64,000 bases of DNA, taken from positions 35,731 through 99,730 of IMG/VR virus record IMGVR_UViG_2706795806_000001. One strand, given 5' to 3'. This DNA comes from a virus. Its lineage: Duplodnaviria; Caudoviricetes. Shown here piece after piece: positions 33,915 to 44,929 of the stretch; position 1 is the stretch's first letter; each line of letters opens with the position of its first letter. The position numbers and the translations under genes are program-made. The notes under the pieces are model-generated. The model was not told the origin of the DNA and searched no databases. It saw nothing but the letters and a program-made list of their open reading frames with translations.

Positions 33915-34997
33915 ATGGCACAAGATATTATCAACCCAAAAGACACTACAGCTATCATCCAATTGAATGCTGTGATCAATGAAGTTCAGACTGGCGTAGG
34001 CTTTATCAAGAACTCAGGTCTCTTTACCGAATCGTTGACTCCACGAGATGCTATTATCGAGCAAATCAAGAAAGAGGATAAACGAGGAATGTTAGGTTTC
34101 ACATCTCGTCGTGAGCGAAACAAAGTGAAACAAACAAAACGTAAAGAAGTGCAATTCGCTCTGCAAATTCCTTACCAAGAGACAATCGAAGACTTGACAA
34201 AAGAAGATGTTTATCAAGTTGCGAAGTCTTGGAATGATGCTACTGAAGAGCAAATCATGGACTTGTATGAAGGCAAGCTAACAGCTCAACGTGAGTCAAT
34301 TGACAATGCTCATGAGTTCCTTTACTGGACGGCTGCTCAAGGTCAAACTCGTGACCCAGCAACAGGTGAAATCGTTCTGGATATGTTCCAAGTTACTGAT
34401 ACAACTCGTCCTGTTGTTGATCTTGACTTGACTGATGCAACTCTCAATCTATTAACTTGGATGGGTGAGTTCCGTAACCGTGTTATGCGTGATAACAAAC
34501 GTGGTTCGAATCAGGGAACAATCGAGATTTTCACTACTGATGCAGTGTTCACCAAGTTCGTAAGTCATCCATCTGTGTTGGCTACATTCCAACAAGCTTA
34601 TATGGGTACTGGTAAAGCTTATCTCGAAAATGTTGTTAGCCCTTACGGTACAACAAAACGTGGTGAGTACGGTATCGTTCGTGAGTTCGAGTGGAATGGT
34701 GTACGTCTTGTTGTTGCTCCTCAGACCTTCATCCTTGAAGATGCTGATGACATCACTGATGAGTACGAAGCGGTTAAAGAGGACGAAGGCTTTGCTGTAG
34801 TTCGTGGTATCCGTGATTCATTCAAAGCGTTGTTTGGTCAAAACAACAGTATGACAGACCCTAGCCTAGCTAAAGTCTATGCGTACCGTTCTAAGATCAT
34901 CGACGATGCCTACTTTGAGATTACAGCTAGTTCAGCTCCTATGGCTTACACTACTGCTCCAGAGTTGTGCTACCAATTCAAATTCAAAACTAAGTAA
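33915..34997 (+). CDS. major capsid protein (lambda gpE-like)
   Basis: 360 aa, highly biased codons, followed by a terminator; FVSHPSV motif. Confidence 0.9.
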   Translation: MAQDIINPKDTTAIIQLNAVINEVQTGVGFIKNSGLFTESLTPRDAIIEQIKKEDKRGMLGFTSRRERNKVKQTKRKEVQFALQIPYQETIEDLTKEDVYQVAKSWNDATEEQIMDLYEGKLTAQRESIDNAHEFLYWTAAQGQTRDPATGEIVLDMFQVTDTTRPVVDLDLTDATLNLLTWMGEFRNRVMRDNKRGSNQGTIEIFTTDAVFTKFVSHPSVLATFQQAYMGTGKAYLENVVSPYGTTKRGEYGIVREFEWNGVRLVVAPQTFILEDADDITDEYEAVKEDEGFAVVRGIRDSFKALFGQNNSMTDPSLAKVYAYRSKIIDDAYFEITASSAPMAYTTAPELCYQFKFKTK

Positions 34998-35013
34998 TTA
35001 GTTTTGGATACAT

Positions 35014-35042
35014 AGGGGACATCGTTTGATGTCCTCTTTTTC
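35014..35042 (+). terminator. rho-independent terminator
   Basis: AGGGGACATC-GTTT-GATGTCCTCT followed by a T-run. Confidence 0.85.
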
Positions 35043-35070
35043 CCTTAATACTAATTGTTTGGAGTTTTTA

Positions 35071-38000
35071 ATGACTACTGTTGATAATTTAAATGGACTA
35101 GAGTTGTTATCTGGTAGATTGGTAACATTGTTCCTCACTCTAGCTGAAGCTGAAGAAGCTGTAAAAAGCCTACCTGCTGGAACACACGTAAAAGTTACTA
35201 ATGATCCTAATCCTGATCTCAATGGTGAATACACTTGGGATGGAGAGAAGTTATTAAAAACTACAAATAACACTTTAGAGAAAGCTAAAGAACAGGCTGA
35301 AGAAGTTGCACAAGAAATTATTGATCGCAATGTTACTGCAAGCCATGTCTTAGATTTACTCGAAGGGCAAATTACTGGAAGTTTACTTGATCGTCGCTTA
35401 GAGCAACGTATTGAGAAAATTCCTTCTATCGTTGGTGAGATCGAAGAACTTAAAAACGAAGTTACTACAATCAATTATGATCTTGGTGTAAAGGTTAATT
35501 ATATTAATTTTGACCTTGAGAAACTTACACAGTATGTAGAAGAGTTGGAGCTTATTGTTGACGTTGATTTCTCTGAAATTAAACAGCAAATCCAAGACCT
35601 ACATGATCAAGTCAATTCAGACTTTGAAGCTGTAAGAGTTAAGATTGATGAGTTACAAGCTCAAGTAACTGCTGACTTTGAGAAAGTTCGTCAAGAGGTT
35701 AAAGACCTACAAGCTCAAGTTGACGCTGACATTAAAAAACTTCAAAAAGAAGTTGCTGATAAGTTCCTTGAAGTGGATCAAATCAAAATTGGTTTGGACA
35801 AAGAGATTCAGGATCGTATTAGTGCTGTTAAAGCTGAGACAGAAGCTCGTGTTGAAAGCATTCGACTACTTAACGATGGATTAACAAAAGAGATTCAAGA
35901 GCGTAAAGATGGTGATCAAAAACTTCTTACAAACATTGAAAACTATAAAACATCAAACGATAAATCTTTAGCAAACGTAAGGGAGCAAGTTACTGTAGCA
36001 GTTGATACAGCGAATGCGTCAGCACAGAAAGTTGATGCCCTTGATGCTCGTGTCGTTTCTGCTGAAAATAACTCTAAAACAGCTTTAGAGAATTCTGCTA
36101 GTGCTGTGAGTAAAGTTACTGCTTTGGCAAGTGATGTTGGTGCAATGTCTGAGAAGGTAGACACCCTTGAAGCTAACGTAATTAAAGCTGTCGATGACAG
36201 TGGTAAAGCGTTGACAAACTCAGCAACTGCTATTTCACAATCTAAAACTGCTGTTGATAAAGCTAATGCTGTTTCAGAGCAAGTTAATATTGTTGAAGCT
36301 AAGTTGAATGACAAGTCTACAACATACCGAACAAATATAGCTCCTACCAAAGCTACTCACCCTAACCTATCCGTTGGGGATGTCTGGATCAACCAAGACA
36401 AGAAAAATGAGCAAAAGCGTTGGGATGGAAAAGCATGGGTTGATATCAACGATGTTCGTGTTAGTGATAATGCTACGGCTATCTCTAAGACAAATGCAAC
36501 TGTAACTGAACAGGGTAAAACTATTCAAGCAAACGTACAGAAGATTGACAGCTTAACAGCAAGTCTTGGAGACAAGGCTGATGCTTCTGCACTGACTAAA
36601 CTTGAATCAACTGTTACTAAACAAGGTACTGACATTCAAACAAACTCTGCCAATATCACTAGCCTACAAGGTCAGATTAAGGATAAGGCAGATGCTAAAG
36701 CTTTGAATGAGTTAAGCACCAAAGTTACAGAGCAAGGTGGAACTATTGCCTCTCAAGGTCAATCCATCACAGCGTTGAACAACCAAATAAAAGATAAAGC
36801 TGATGCTTCAGCCGTGACACAGCTCACAAGCACTGTCACAAAGCAAGGTGAGACCATTAATGCACAAGGTAAGCAGATCACAACTCTTGAAGGTAAGGTA
36901 GACGGTAAAGCCGATGCTACTGCTGTTACTGAGTTGAAGGCTACTGTAACCGAGCATGAAGGGAAGATCGCCACTCAAGGACAAGCCATTACATCTTTGA
37001 ATAACCAAATCAAGGATAAGGCTGATACTAAAGCTGTTACAGCACTTGAAACTAAAGTGACAAAACAGGGAGAGGATATCACAGCACAAGGTAAACAAAT
37101 TACTTCTGTTGAAGCTCAGTTGAAAGACAAGGCATCAACTCAAGCAGTTAGTACCTTAGATGCAAAAGTGAATAAGCAAGGTGAAACAATCACAGCTCAG
37201 GGACAAGCTCTAACAGGTTTGAAACAAGAAGTGGATGGTAAGGCTTCTGTACAAGCTGTTGACGAATTAAAGACAACAGTTACACAGCAAGGTAAAGATA
37301 TTACAGCACATGGACAGTCTTTGACTTCCCTGCAAAACCAAATGAAAGATAAAGCAGACGCTAAAGCTCTTACAGCTCTTGAGACCAAAGTTACCAAACA
37401 AGGTGATGATATTAAATCTCAAGGTGAGGCTATTACTTCTGTTGAAGCTCATTTGGATGGAATGATTATCGGTGGATCGAACTTAATTCGTAAAACTGAT
37501 ATTCAGGCTGGATACTTAAAATCTTATTCACCAAACGTAGTAACTTTCCCTGCACTACCAAAAGCTAGAACACCTGTTGCTAGGTCTCTTACTGGAAGTG
37601 GTGCTTCTGTTGGTGTCAATACAGTTTCTGATATCAGTTTAAAAGCTGGACAAGAATATACACTCTCATTCAGAGGGGCATCTTCTAAAGGTGCTTTCAC
37701 ATACGCTTATGTTATGTTGAATAAGTCGGGTGCTTCAAACATCCCACTACTTTTGAATAACAAACCTGTATCGAAGGTTGAGAGTGTTCTTACCTATGTT
37801 AGTGCTACATTCAAGTGTACTCATGATGTTGATACAGCTCATATCATGTTTGCTTGTAATGGTGCAGTAGCTAGTGATTGGGTTCTTGTTGCTGAACCTA
37901 TGTTGGTTGAAGGTAATACTGGAACAACATGGTCTAAGAGTATTGATGAACTTGCTGGCTCTGAAGCATTGAATGAATTAAAAGCCACTGTTGGGAAACA

Positions 38001-41000
38001 GGGAGAGACTATTACAGCTCAAGGACAGTCGATTACAGGGCTTAAACAGGAAGTAGATGGGAAAGCATCATCTCAAGCTGTAAACGAGCTTAAATCGACT
38101 GTGACACAGCAAGGAAAGGACATTGCAACTCAAGGTCAAGCGATTACTACTCTAAACAACCAAATCAAAGACAAAGCTGATGCGAAAGCATTGACAGCGT
38201 TGGAGACTAAGGTTACAGAGAACTCAGGTAAAATCGAGTCTCAAGGTACAGCATTGACAGGAGTTAAAGCTTCTCTTGGTGCTATGGATAGTGATAGTTT
38301 ACTACCTGACTACAACCTTGCTAGTCCTGACGAGTGGTTCAGTCATTATGGGTATAAGATGGAGCAGTATTTTAAGACAACTCCTAACGGAAAGGTTGGA
38401 AACACTGTTTTTAGGCATGATAGTAGTAATCCACAACCTTGCTGGAATTACAACAAAAAGCCTCTCCCAAATGACAGGAAGTATAAAGTAACAGCAAAGG
38501 TTAAAAGGTCTACTGACAGTGTAGGTGGTTCAAACTACATCACTGTTCTGTATGGAACACCTGATGGAAAATGGTCTTCAGCAAACTACACTTATGTTGG
38601 TATTGTACCTAAAGCTTCAGGAGAATGGGAAGATGTTGAAGCTATCGTAAACCTGACATCCAATAGTGATAAGTACCCTCAGATCAAGATTGGTTTTGCT
38701 ATCAATCATAACAGTACGGCTGGTATGGCTGAGTTGCAAGGGTTTAAGGTTGTTCACCTAATAGAGACAGGAGATGTAGGAAGCTCTATTGCTACTGCTG
38801 AAAGTGTTAGTAAGTTATCTGCAACAGTGACTCAGCAAGGTAATACAATCACCTCACAAGGGACTGCAATTACTGGTCTTGAGAACTCGATCAAAGACAA
38901 AGCTGATGCGAAAGCTGTCAATGAGTTAAAGACGACAGTTGAACAGCAAGGTAATGATATTAAATCACAAGGTCTTTCAATTACCAAAGTTGAAGCAAGT
39001 GTTAAAGATGTTGATATCATTGCAAAAGATTCTAAACTGTTGGCTATGTATCAAGGACAAGGTAAGCTCATTTGGGATGATCCAACATTCAAGAAGAGTG
39101 ATAACAGTATAAAGGAGTACGGAAAAAACAATGCTATTCATATTGTTGACCGAGTTCCAGTTGGGGCTGGGAATCCTACAGGCTCTACACATGAAATTCT
39201 TGATAAGATTGTTGGTGACATCAATCTAGGTAACTTCGGAATTTATCCAGCTAATCTAGCTACTGCAATTGATAAGGTATTCTTGCATAAATATGTTGCT
39301 AAAATACCTACCAATTACAGAATGACAAAAGCATCTAATGCTATTGGTGTTGGTGGTATTGACGATTTTATTGGAGACACTACTGGTACTGGTAATTATG
39401 AGGTTTATTGGAGACTTACTAGGTGTGGACAATCTGGAACTTTTAGTACAACAGGACATGTTGCATTAAAAAGAAATTCTGGAGCAATCCCAACTCCAGC
39501 TAAACCTGATGAGGTTAGGTTCGCACAAGTGGCTATTTTTGATGTCACTGATGCACCTGACTCTATCCCTAAAGAATTGTTGGATAAAGTCGATGCTAAC
39601 TCAAAAGCTATTTCATCACTTGATGCTGAAGTTAAGCGTGTAGATGGTGTTGTTGTTGCTCAAGGTAAGCAAGTTACACAACTAACAGCAGAAGTCAATA
39701 AAAAGGCTGATGGTACTGCTTTGACAGCTCTTGAAACTAAGGTTACTCAACAAGGGAAGGACATTACCTCACAAGGGCAATCCATAACTAACTTGAATAA
39801 CCAAATCAAGGATAAAGCTGATGCTTCTGCTGTCAACAGTCTTAAAACTACAGTTGATCAGCAAGGGAATGATATTAAAACTAATAGTCAAAATATCATT
39901 AACTTGAATACTAACTTAGGTAAAAAGGCAGATGCTTCTGCTGTTACTGCACTGGAAGCTGAAGTTAAAAAAGTTGATGGTAAAACTGTAACCAACAGTC
40001 AGTCTATTACAAAACTTCAAGGTCAAGTAAACACTATTGATGGAGAGGTTAAGAAAAAGGCTGACGCATCTGCTTTAAATAGCTACTACACTAAAGTTGA
40101 AGCTGATAAAGCTATTGCTGGACAAATCTCAGAGTTCAATAGCAGTCTTGTTATTGGTGGTGTAAACCAACTTTTAGATTCTGAAAGGGAGAGAAGTTCT
40201 TCTGCGACAAGTCAACGAGAATATTTCATGTATGAACGTAGTGTCTACTTGAAAGATTTCTATGACAGAAACTTAGGTAAGCCAGTGACAATCAGCTTTG
40301 AAATAAAAGTTCCTGTTGCTGGTACAGTTCAAGTTTATAGTTTTAATAATTCAGCACACACATATTCAACCTCAACACCTTCATTAAAGGCAAATGAGTG
40401 GACTTATGTGGAACTTACTGTTAAGCCAAATAAACATGGAACAACACCTGAGAATGTCGCTGGGTCAACTTTAGAGTTTTATGGTACTTACGGTACAGGA
40501 AGGATTCCAAGTGTTCGTAGGGTTCAGCTAGAGGCTGGTACAAAGGCTACAGATTGGTCAGTATCTCCTAGAGATGTATCTGAGTCATTGGAAGCTAACT
40601 CAACTGCTGTTGGTAAGGTTGAGGCTAAGACAACAGCACTTGAAGGAAAGGTTAACACCCAAGCCACTCAAATTACTGGTCTTCAAAGCCAGATAAATGG
40701 GAAGGCTGACTCTTCAGCTCTTAATAGTCTTAAAACAACTGTAGAGCAACAGGGTAATACAATCTCTTCACAAGGGACTGCAATTACTCAGGTAGAGTCA
40801 AGTGTCAACAATGCCTTGAAAGCTGTGACTGTAGAGGATACTAGAAGCAAGAACGAGTTACCTCTTTGGTACTGGACTAACCACCCAAGAAGGGTAGTAA
40901 ATGAGTTTAAGACAGCTTCAGTTATCGGTGTTACAGGTCTTGGTACTTATGTAAACCTTGAGACAAGAGTTTACTATACCGATGCTTCTGGTGGGAGTAT

Positions 41001-41676
41001 TATTCAGATTGCACATTCTGCAAATAACTCTGTTTTACAAATGGAGAGGAATAGTGTTGGTTCTGGTTCTACTGCCACATGGTCAGCTTGGAGACAACCT
41101 CTCAAGTCAATTGATGATAGTGCTAAAGCTTCGGCAACTGCTGTTAACAAACTTACAACTGATGTAACAAAGATTGATGGAAAGGTTGATGCTCAGGCAA
41201 CGGCTGTACAGCAATTAGATACAAAAGTTGGTCAGAACTCAGCAAGTATCCAAACACAAAGTCAAACGATCAATGGTATTCGTGCCAATTGGACAATGAA
41301 GATGGATGTGAATGGTTATGTTTCTGGAATTGGTGCAATGAATGATGGTAAGACATCTGAGTTCATCATTAGGGCTGACAGGTTTGCTATTGCTAATCCT
41401 ACAGGTACAGGTAAGAAGTATGGATTTGTTTATCAATCCTCACCGAAGACTTTGCCGAATGGTACAGTGATTCCAGCAGGGTTGTACATCGACAATCTTA
41501 TTCTTGGTGACATTGATGCTCGTAAAATCAATGCTGAAAGTATTAGTGCTATCAGTGCTAACTTAGGTAGGTTTGAGTCAAGTGTTGCTGGAAAAGGTAA
41601 GACTGTCATCTCTGGTACTGAGTATCAAGTTTTTGATGCCAATGGTGTTGAAAGGATTTTCTTAGGAGTTAGATAA
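35071..41676 (+). CDS. giant fibre protein: 37-aa coiled-coil repeats, several CBM-like domains, J/DUF1983-like C-terminus
   Basis: KADA..L..L...V..QG..I repeats; GGxNL...VEG..ATxW modules; WTMKMDVNGYVSGIG...FIIRADRFAI. Confidence 0.85.
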   Translation: MTTVDNLNGLELLSGRLVTLFLTLAEAEEAVKSLPAGTHVKVTNDPNPDLNGEYTWDGEKLLKTTNNTLEKAKEQAEEVAQEIIDRNVTASHVLDLLEGQITGSLLDRRLEQRIEKIPSIVGEIEELKNEVTTINYDLGVKVNYINFDLEKLTQYVEELELIVDVDFSEIKQQIQDLHDQVNSDFEAVRVKIDELQAQVTADFEKVRQEVKDLQAQVDADIKKLQKEVADKFLEVDQIKIGLDKEIQDRISAVKAETEARVESIRLLNDGLTKEIQERKDGDQKLLTNIENYKTSNDKSLANVREQVTVAVDTANASAQKVDALDARVVSAENNSKTALENSASAVSKVTALASDVGAMSEKVDTLEANVIKAVDDSGKALTNSATAISQSKTAVDKANAVSEQVNIVEAKLNDKSTTYRTNIAPTKATHPNLSVGDVWINQDKKNEQKRWDGKAWVDINDVRVSDNATAISKTNATVTEQGKTIQANVQKIDSLTASLGDKADASALTKLESTVTKQGTDIQTNSANITSLQGQIKDKADAKALNELSTKVTEQGGTIASQGQSITALNNQIKDKADASAVTQLTSTVTKQGETINAQGKQITTLEGKVDGKADATAVTELKATVTEHEGKIATQGQAITSLNNQIKDKADTKAVTALETKVTKQGEDITAQGKQITSVEAQLKDKASTQAVSTLDAKVNKQGETITAQGQALTGLKQEVDGKASVQAVDELKTTVTQQGKDITAHGQSLTSLQNQMKDKADAKALTALETKVTKQGDDIKSQGEAITSVEAHLDGMIIGGSNLIRKTDIQAGYLKSYSPNVVTFPALPKARTPVARSLTGSGASVGVNTVSDISLKAGQEYTLSFRGASSKGAFTYAYVMLNKSGASNIPLLLNNKPVSKVESVLTYVSATFKCTHDVDTAHIMFACNGAVASDWVLVAEPMLVEGNTGTTWSKSIDELAGSEALNELKATVGKQGETITAQGQSITGLKQEVDGKASSQAVNELKSTVTQQGKDIATQGQAITTLNNQIKDKADAKALTALETKVTENSGKIESQGTALTGVKASLGAMDSDSLLPDYNLASPDEWFSHYGYKMEQYFKTTPNGKVGNTVFRHDSSNPQPCWNYNKKPLPNDRKYKVTAKVKRSTDSVGGSNYITVLYGTPDGKWSSANYTYVGIVPKASGEWEDVEAIVNLTSNSDKYPQIKIGFAINHNSTAGMAELQGFKVVHLIETGDVGSSIATAESVSKLSATVTQQGNTITSQGTAITGLENSIKDKADAKAVNELKTTVEQQGNDIKSQGLSITKVEASVKDVDIIAKDSKLLAMYQGQGKLIWDDPTFKKSDNSIKEYGKNNAIHIVDRVPVGAGNPTGSTHEILDKIVGDINLGNFGIYPANLATAIDKVFLHKYVAKIPTNYRMTKASNAIGVGGIDDFIGDTTGTGNYEVYWRLTRCGQSGTFSTTGHVALKRNSGAIPTPAKPDEVRFAQVAIFDVTDAPDSIPKELLDKVDANSKAISSLDAEVKRVDGVVVAQGKQVTQLTAEVNKKADGTALTALETKVTQQGKDITSQGQSITNLNNQIKDKADASAVNSLKTTVDQQGNDIKTNSQNIINLNTNLGKKADASAVTALEAEVKKVDGKTVTNSQSITKLQGQVNTIDGEVKKKADASALNSYYTKVEADKAIAGQISEFNSSLVIGGVNQLLDSERERSSSATSQREYFMYERSVYLKDFYDRNLGKPVTISFEIKVPVAGTVQVYSFNNSAHTYSTSTPSLKANEWTYVELTVKPNKHGTTPENVAGSTLEFYGTYGTGRIPSVRRVQLEAGTKATDWSVSPRDVSESLEANSTAVGKVEAKTTALEGKVNTQATQITGLQSQINGKADSSALNSLKTTVEQQGNTISSQGTAITQVESSVNNALKAVTVEDTRSKNELPLWYWTNHPRRVVNEFKTASVIGVTGLGTYVNLETRVYYTDASGGSIIQIAHSANNSVLQMERNSVGSGSTATWSAWRQPLKSIDDSAKASATAVNKLTTDVTKIDGKVDAQATAVQQLDTKVGQNSASIQTQSQTINGIRANWTMKMDVNGYVSGIGAMNDGKTSEFIIRADRFAIANPTGTGKKYGFVYQSSPKTLPNGTVIPAGLYIDNLILGDIDARKINAESISAISANLGRFESSVAGKGKTVISGTEYQVFDANGVERIFLGVR
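36571..37458 (+). repeat. 8 tandem degenerate 111-bp coding repeats
   Basis: DKAD/GKAS starts at 36571, 36682, 36793, 36904, 37015, 37126, 37237, 37348. Confidence 0.85.
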
Positions 41677-42092
41677 TGAGTGCTAAGTTGATAATTAAAG
41701 ATAAAGATGGGAAGGTCGTTCTCGACCTTTCTAGTCGTATTACAAGGTTTACAATAGATTATGTTGCTACAACCGACCCTACAAAACTTCTCCCTAAACA
41801 AGTTATCAAGATTGGTAACAAAGTTGACAGGGGTAGTTTTTGGTTTTTAACTAGGTATGCTAAAACAGCTTGGTCAAACAGACCAGAAATTGAAGGAGGC
41901 CCATATCCATCATTTGCAGTATATATGTGCGATAAAGCAGAGGTTCAGTCATCTGGTTTTAGTGCTGGATGGGTTAATGATGTTTCATCAAAAATGGATG
42001 ACAATTCATTGTACATCGTAATTGAAGATACTAGAAACTCTGTACAAGGTGGATATCAAAACAGTGTTTCAGTGGATGTTGGGAGGTATTAA
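41676..42092 (+). CDS. fibre-tip associated protein
   Basis: Coupled to the fibre gene; LIIKDKDGKVVLDLSSR start. Confidence 0.65.
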   Translation: MSAKLIIKDKDGKVVLDLSSRITRFTIDYVATTDPTKLLPKQVIKIGNKVDRGSFWFLTRYAKTAWSNRPEIEGGPYPSFAVYMCDKAEVQSSGFSAGWVNDVSSKMDDNSLYIVIEDTRNSVQGGYQNSVSVDVGRY

Positions 42093-42880
42093 TGGCTGAA
42101 TATTTGAAAATTGTAAATAACGATGGGTACATCTTAATTGATGACACATTCCAGAATTACCACTTCTTAGAGAAAGTTACTGTTGTTGGATCAACAATGA
42201 AGCACTACTCAACAGGTAGGGGTGGAAGTCAGTTAGAGGATTCAAATGGATTCTTAATGGTGCAACACATTTTTGAAGTTACAAGTGCCAAAAAGCCTGT
42301 AGTTGCCTATCAAATAGGTAAGAATCTGGATGCTGGCATTATGGCTATTACATACACTGAGGTTTCACCTAATAAGTGGTCGATCAAGGTTATGTGTTCT
42401 TCCCAATATGGTGGAGCTGTTGGAACTTACGGTACATTGACGATGTATGTGTATGGACTTTTACCTGAAGGTGTTCAACCAAGTACAGGAGCTGTTTTCC
42501 AAGTTAGGAATGCAAAAAATGAGATGATTTTCGATAGTGGAAGAAGACCTATGGATGTCGTCCAGTTTGAGTCAAAACTCATTCCCTATAGTTGGCTATA
42601 CCCAGCTATGGCTAAACAGGTAGAGATTCCAATTAAAGGTTGGGATGCGTCAAGGAAGTATGCCATTGTGCCTTGCTCCTTTATGTTTGATAGTTATTAT
42701 CAAAACCCAAACTTTTTCTACTACACAGGTACTTTTGCAAAAATGTATGACACCACACAAGGTAAAGTTGTTTTAGGAACAACACAGGTTGGGATCAACA
42801 ATATTATGTGGGCGCAAAACTACCCAACTATGGTTTCTTATTCACATGCAATGATTATTATTGATGTTACAGGGTTATAG
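42092..42880 (+). CDS. fibre-tip associated protein, putative receptor-binding
   Basis: NNDGYILIDDTF and FQVRNAKNEMIFDS repeats; C-terminal IIIDVTGL. Confidence 0.65.
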   Translation: MAEYLKIVNNDGYILIDDTFQNYHFLEKVTVVGSTMKHYSTGRGGSQLEDSNGFLMVQHIFEVTSAKKPVVAYQIGKNLDAGIMAITYTEVSPNKWSIKVMCSSQYGGAVGTYGTLTMYVYGLLPEGVQPSTGAVFQVRNAKNEMIFDSGRRPMDVVQFESKLIPYSWLYPAMAKQVEIPIKGWDASRKYAIVPCSFMFDSYYQNPNFFYYTGTFAKMYDTTQGKVVLGTTQVGINNIMWAQNYPTMVSYSHAMIIIDVTGL

Positions 42881-42888
42881 GAGATTTT

Positions 42889-43365
42889 ATGGCACTAACA
42901 GAGATTCAAAAATTAAGGCGAGATGCTGGAGACAATGATCCAGATTTTCAATATCTCACGGATGAAGACTATCAACAATTGATGGATGACATCCCAAGTA
43001 AAAGAAAACTAAGTAAGCACATTGACATGCTTATTTTAAATATGAAAGCCAATGACATCCATGAGAGATCAGGTCAAGAAGAGCGTTGGGGAAACCAACT
43101 ATTCGAGAATGGATTGAAGATGGTCAAGTTGAAGTGGAAAGACCCAGCATTTAGTGGCACTCATGGACTACCTTCTTTTGGTGGTACATCTCGTGAGGAG
43201 ATGTCAGAGCTTGCTACAGACCCAGATCGTGTTCCTGATACATTCTATAAGGGAGACAACAAAGGTCGTGCTGAGTGGCAAGAGAGGCGCATTTACAGGT
43301 ACTGTGGTCGTGCCTTTGAGTCTGGTTCTTGTCTGCTGTGGAATTGTTATGGCTTTCAAGCATAA
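42889..43365 (+). CDS. head-tail adaptor-like protein
   Basis: LRRDAGD...YLTDEDY motif; position. Confidence 0.7.
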   Translation: MALTEIQKLRRDAGDNDPDFQYLTDEDYQQLMDDIPSKRKLSKHIDMLILNMKANDIHERSGQEERWGNQLFENGLKMVKLKWKDPAFSGTHGLPSFGGTSREEMSELATDPDRVPDTFYKGDNKGRAEWQERRIYRYCGRAFESGSCLLWNCYGFQA

Positions 43366-43876
43366 TTTCAAAATGGATTTATCTGGACTCAAGAAGCTCC
43401 AGAGAGATTTAAAGAAGATTGACAAGACTGAGATTGAATGGGGATGGATTAATGGTAAGGCTTACAACAAAGCTGATATCAATAAACGTGGTGGAATACC
43501 TTATGCACTCATTGCCATCAATAACGAATTTGGTGGATATGCAAAAGATATGAGAACAAACAAATATGTTTATATCCCATCTCGACCATACTTTCAACAG
43601 TCAACCAAATCTTCAGTCTCTTATGCAAAGAAAGAGGTTGCAGATGTATTTCGTTTGGTTATGGCTGGTGGTGATTATAAAGCCCACTTACAAGCTATTG
43701 CAAACGCTCAGGTTGACATTCTCAAGAAGAGTATTGCACAAAACAATATGACCCCACTTCACCCTAAGACAGTGGCTATTAAAGATAGTTCTAAGCAATG
43801 GGATGATACAGGTCAAATGATCAAGAATATTACAGCTAAGGTTGTGTACAAACGATCTGACTACAAAGGAGATTAA
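43349..43876 (+). CDS. neck/tail-completion protein
   Basis: NEFG...IPSRPYF...DTGQM motifs. Confidence 0.75.
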   Translation: MAFKHNFKMDLSGLKKLQRDLKKIDKTEIEWGWINGKAYNKADINKRGGIPYALIAINNEFGGYAKDMRTNKYVYIPSRPYFQQSTKSSVSYAKKEVADVFRLVMAGGDYKAHLQAIANAQVDILKKSIAQNNMTPLHPKTVAIKDSSKQWDDTGQMIKNITAKVVYKRSDYKGD

Positions 43877-43878
43877 AG

Positions 43879-44253
43879 ATGAGAAATCGAATGAAACTTG
43901 GTAGAGAAAAATATGACGTTGTTCGATCAGCCCCAGCAAAATTGGTGAATGGTCTTTGGCAGAAAGCTTCTGTTGAGACTGTTCAGATCAGAGCTAATAT
44001 TCAAGGTGGATTGTTTTGGAACTCTGTCAAGTTTTCTGACTCAGGTGACATCTCTAAACAAGCTATTTCAATCCGAAGTGATGAGCCGTTATATATGGCA
44101 AATGACAAAAAGCAAGGTGATCTTGTTTTCTTTGGTGGTAATTATTGGGAAGTTAGAGATTGTCGAATTTACAAGAATTTAAAAAGAACTCGTCATTGGG
44201 AAGCAATGGCAGTTTTGATTGACGGATCGAAAGTTCCAAGAGAGGGAGAATGA
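43879..44253 (+). CDS. head-closure protein
   Basis: Position and size. Confidence 0.65.
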   Translation: MRNRMKLGREKYDVVRSAPAKLVNGLWQKASVETVQIRANIQGGLFWNSVKFSDSGDISKQAISIRSDEPLYMANDKKQGDLVFFGGNYWEVRDCRIYKNLKRTRHWEAMAVLIDGSKVPREGE

Positions 44254-44924
44254 TTGAAACAGAGATTTGCGCTATCTTGGGACAACACAAGATGTATGGA
44301 AGTAAGGATAGAATCCTCTCTGAAAAATATCAAATAATTGTTGATAATCAAAATGGTGTACACCCTATGGATGAGACATTCTTCCTGATTGGCTTGATTG
44401 ATGAATACAATTTAGGTACAGCTACCAAGACCCTTACTACAAGAGAGATTGTGGAAGGCACGGATGGGAAGATTGGTATCTGGAAGGTTAATCAACCAAA
44501 GGCATACGAAGTGAGGATCAGCATTCAAGGTGATAAGAGTCTAAATGGTCGTGGAGATGGTGTAGGGGATATCTTAGAGCTATTGAAGCTTCAGATGGAC
44601 TTACCAAGCATGAGGCGTAGATTCGCTAATGCCTTCACTATTACACACAATGAAGGAGAGGATGATGAATGGGATGAGGTTGTCAAAGGTTATTCCTATG
44701 AGATTGATCCTCAAACAATCACCCTCCCAATCAAATTAAATACTGACCAATACATTCGGTATTCTTTTAAAGTCACTTTCAAAACAAACATTGCCTTCGA
44801 TGTTGAACAAGAAGTTATGGATGGTGTGAAAGTTGAAGGGAAGTTCATTGATGACAGTAAGAATGTCATTGAAGAATATTCAGAAACGGTAGATAAAAAT
44901 ACCATCATAAACAGTAAAGGATAA
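44250..44924 (+). CDS. tail terminator/neck protein
   Basis: Directly before the sheath gene. Confidence 0.6.
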   Translation: MIETEICAILGQHKMYGSKDRILSEKYQIIVDNQNGVHPMDETFFLIGLIDEYNLGTATKTLTTREIVEGTDGKIGIWKVNQPKAYEVRISIQGDKSLNGRGDGVGDILELLKLQMDLPSMRRRFANAFTITHNEGEDDEWDEVVKGYSYEIDPQTITLPIKLNTDQYIRYSFKVTFKTNIAFDVEQEVMDGVKVEGKFIDDSKNVIEEYSETVDKNTIINSKG

Positions 44925-44929
44925 ATATT

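Noticed and set aside
35398-41436. Antisense ORFs within the giant fibre gene
   Set aside because: Artefacts of repetitive, stop-poor codon usage
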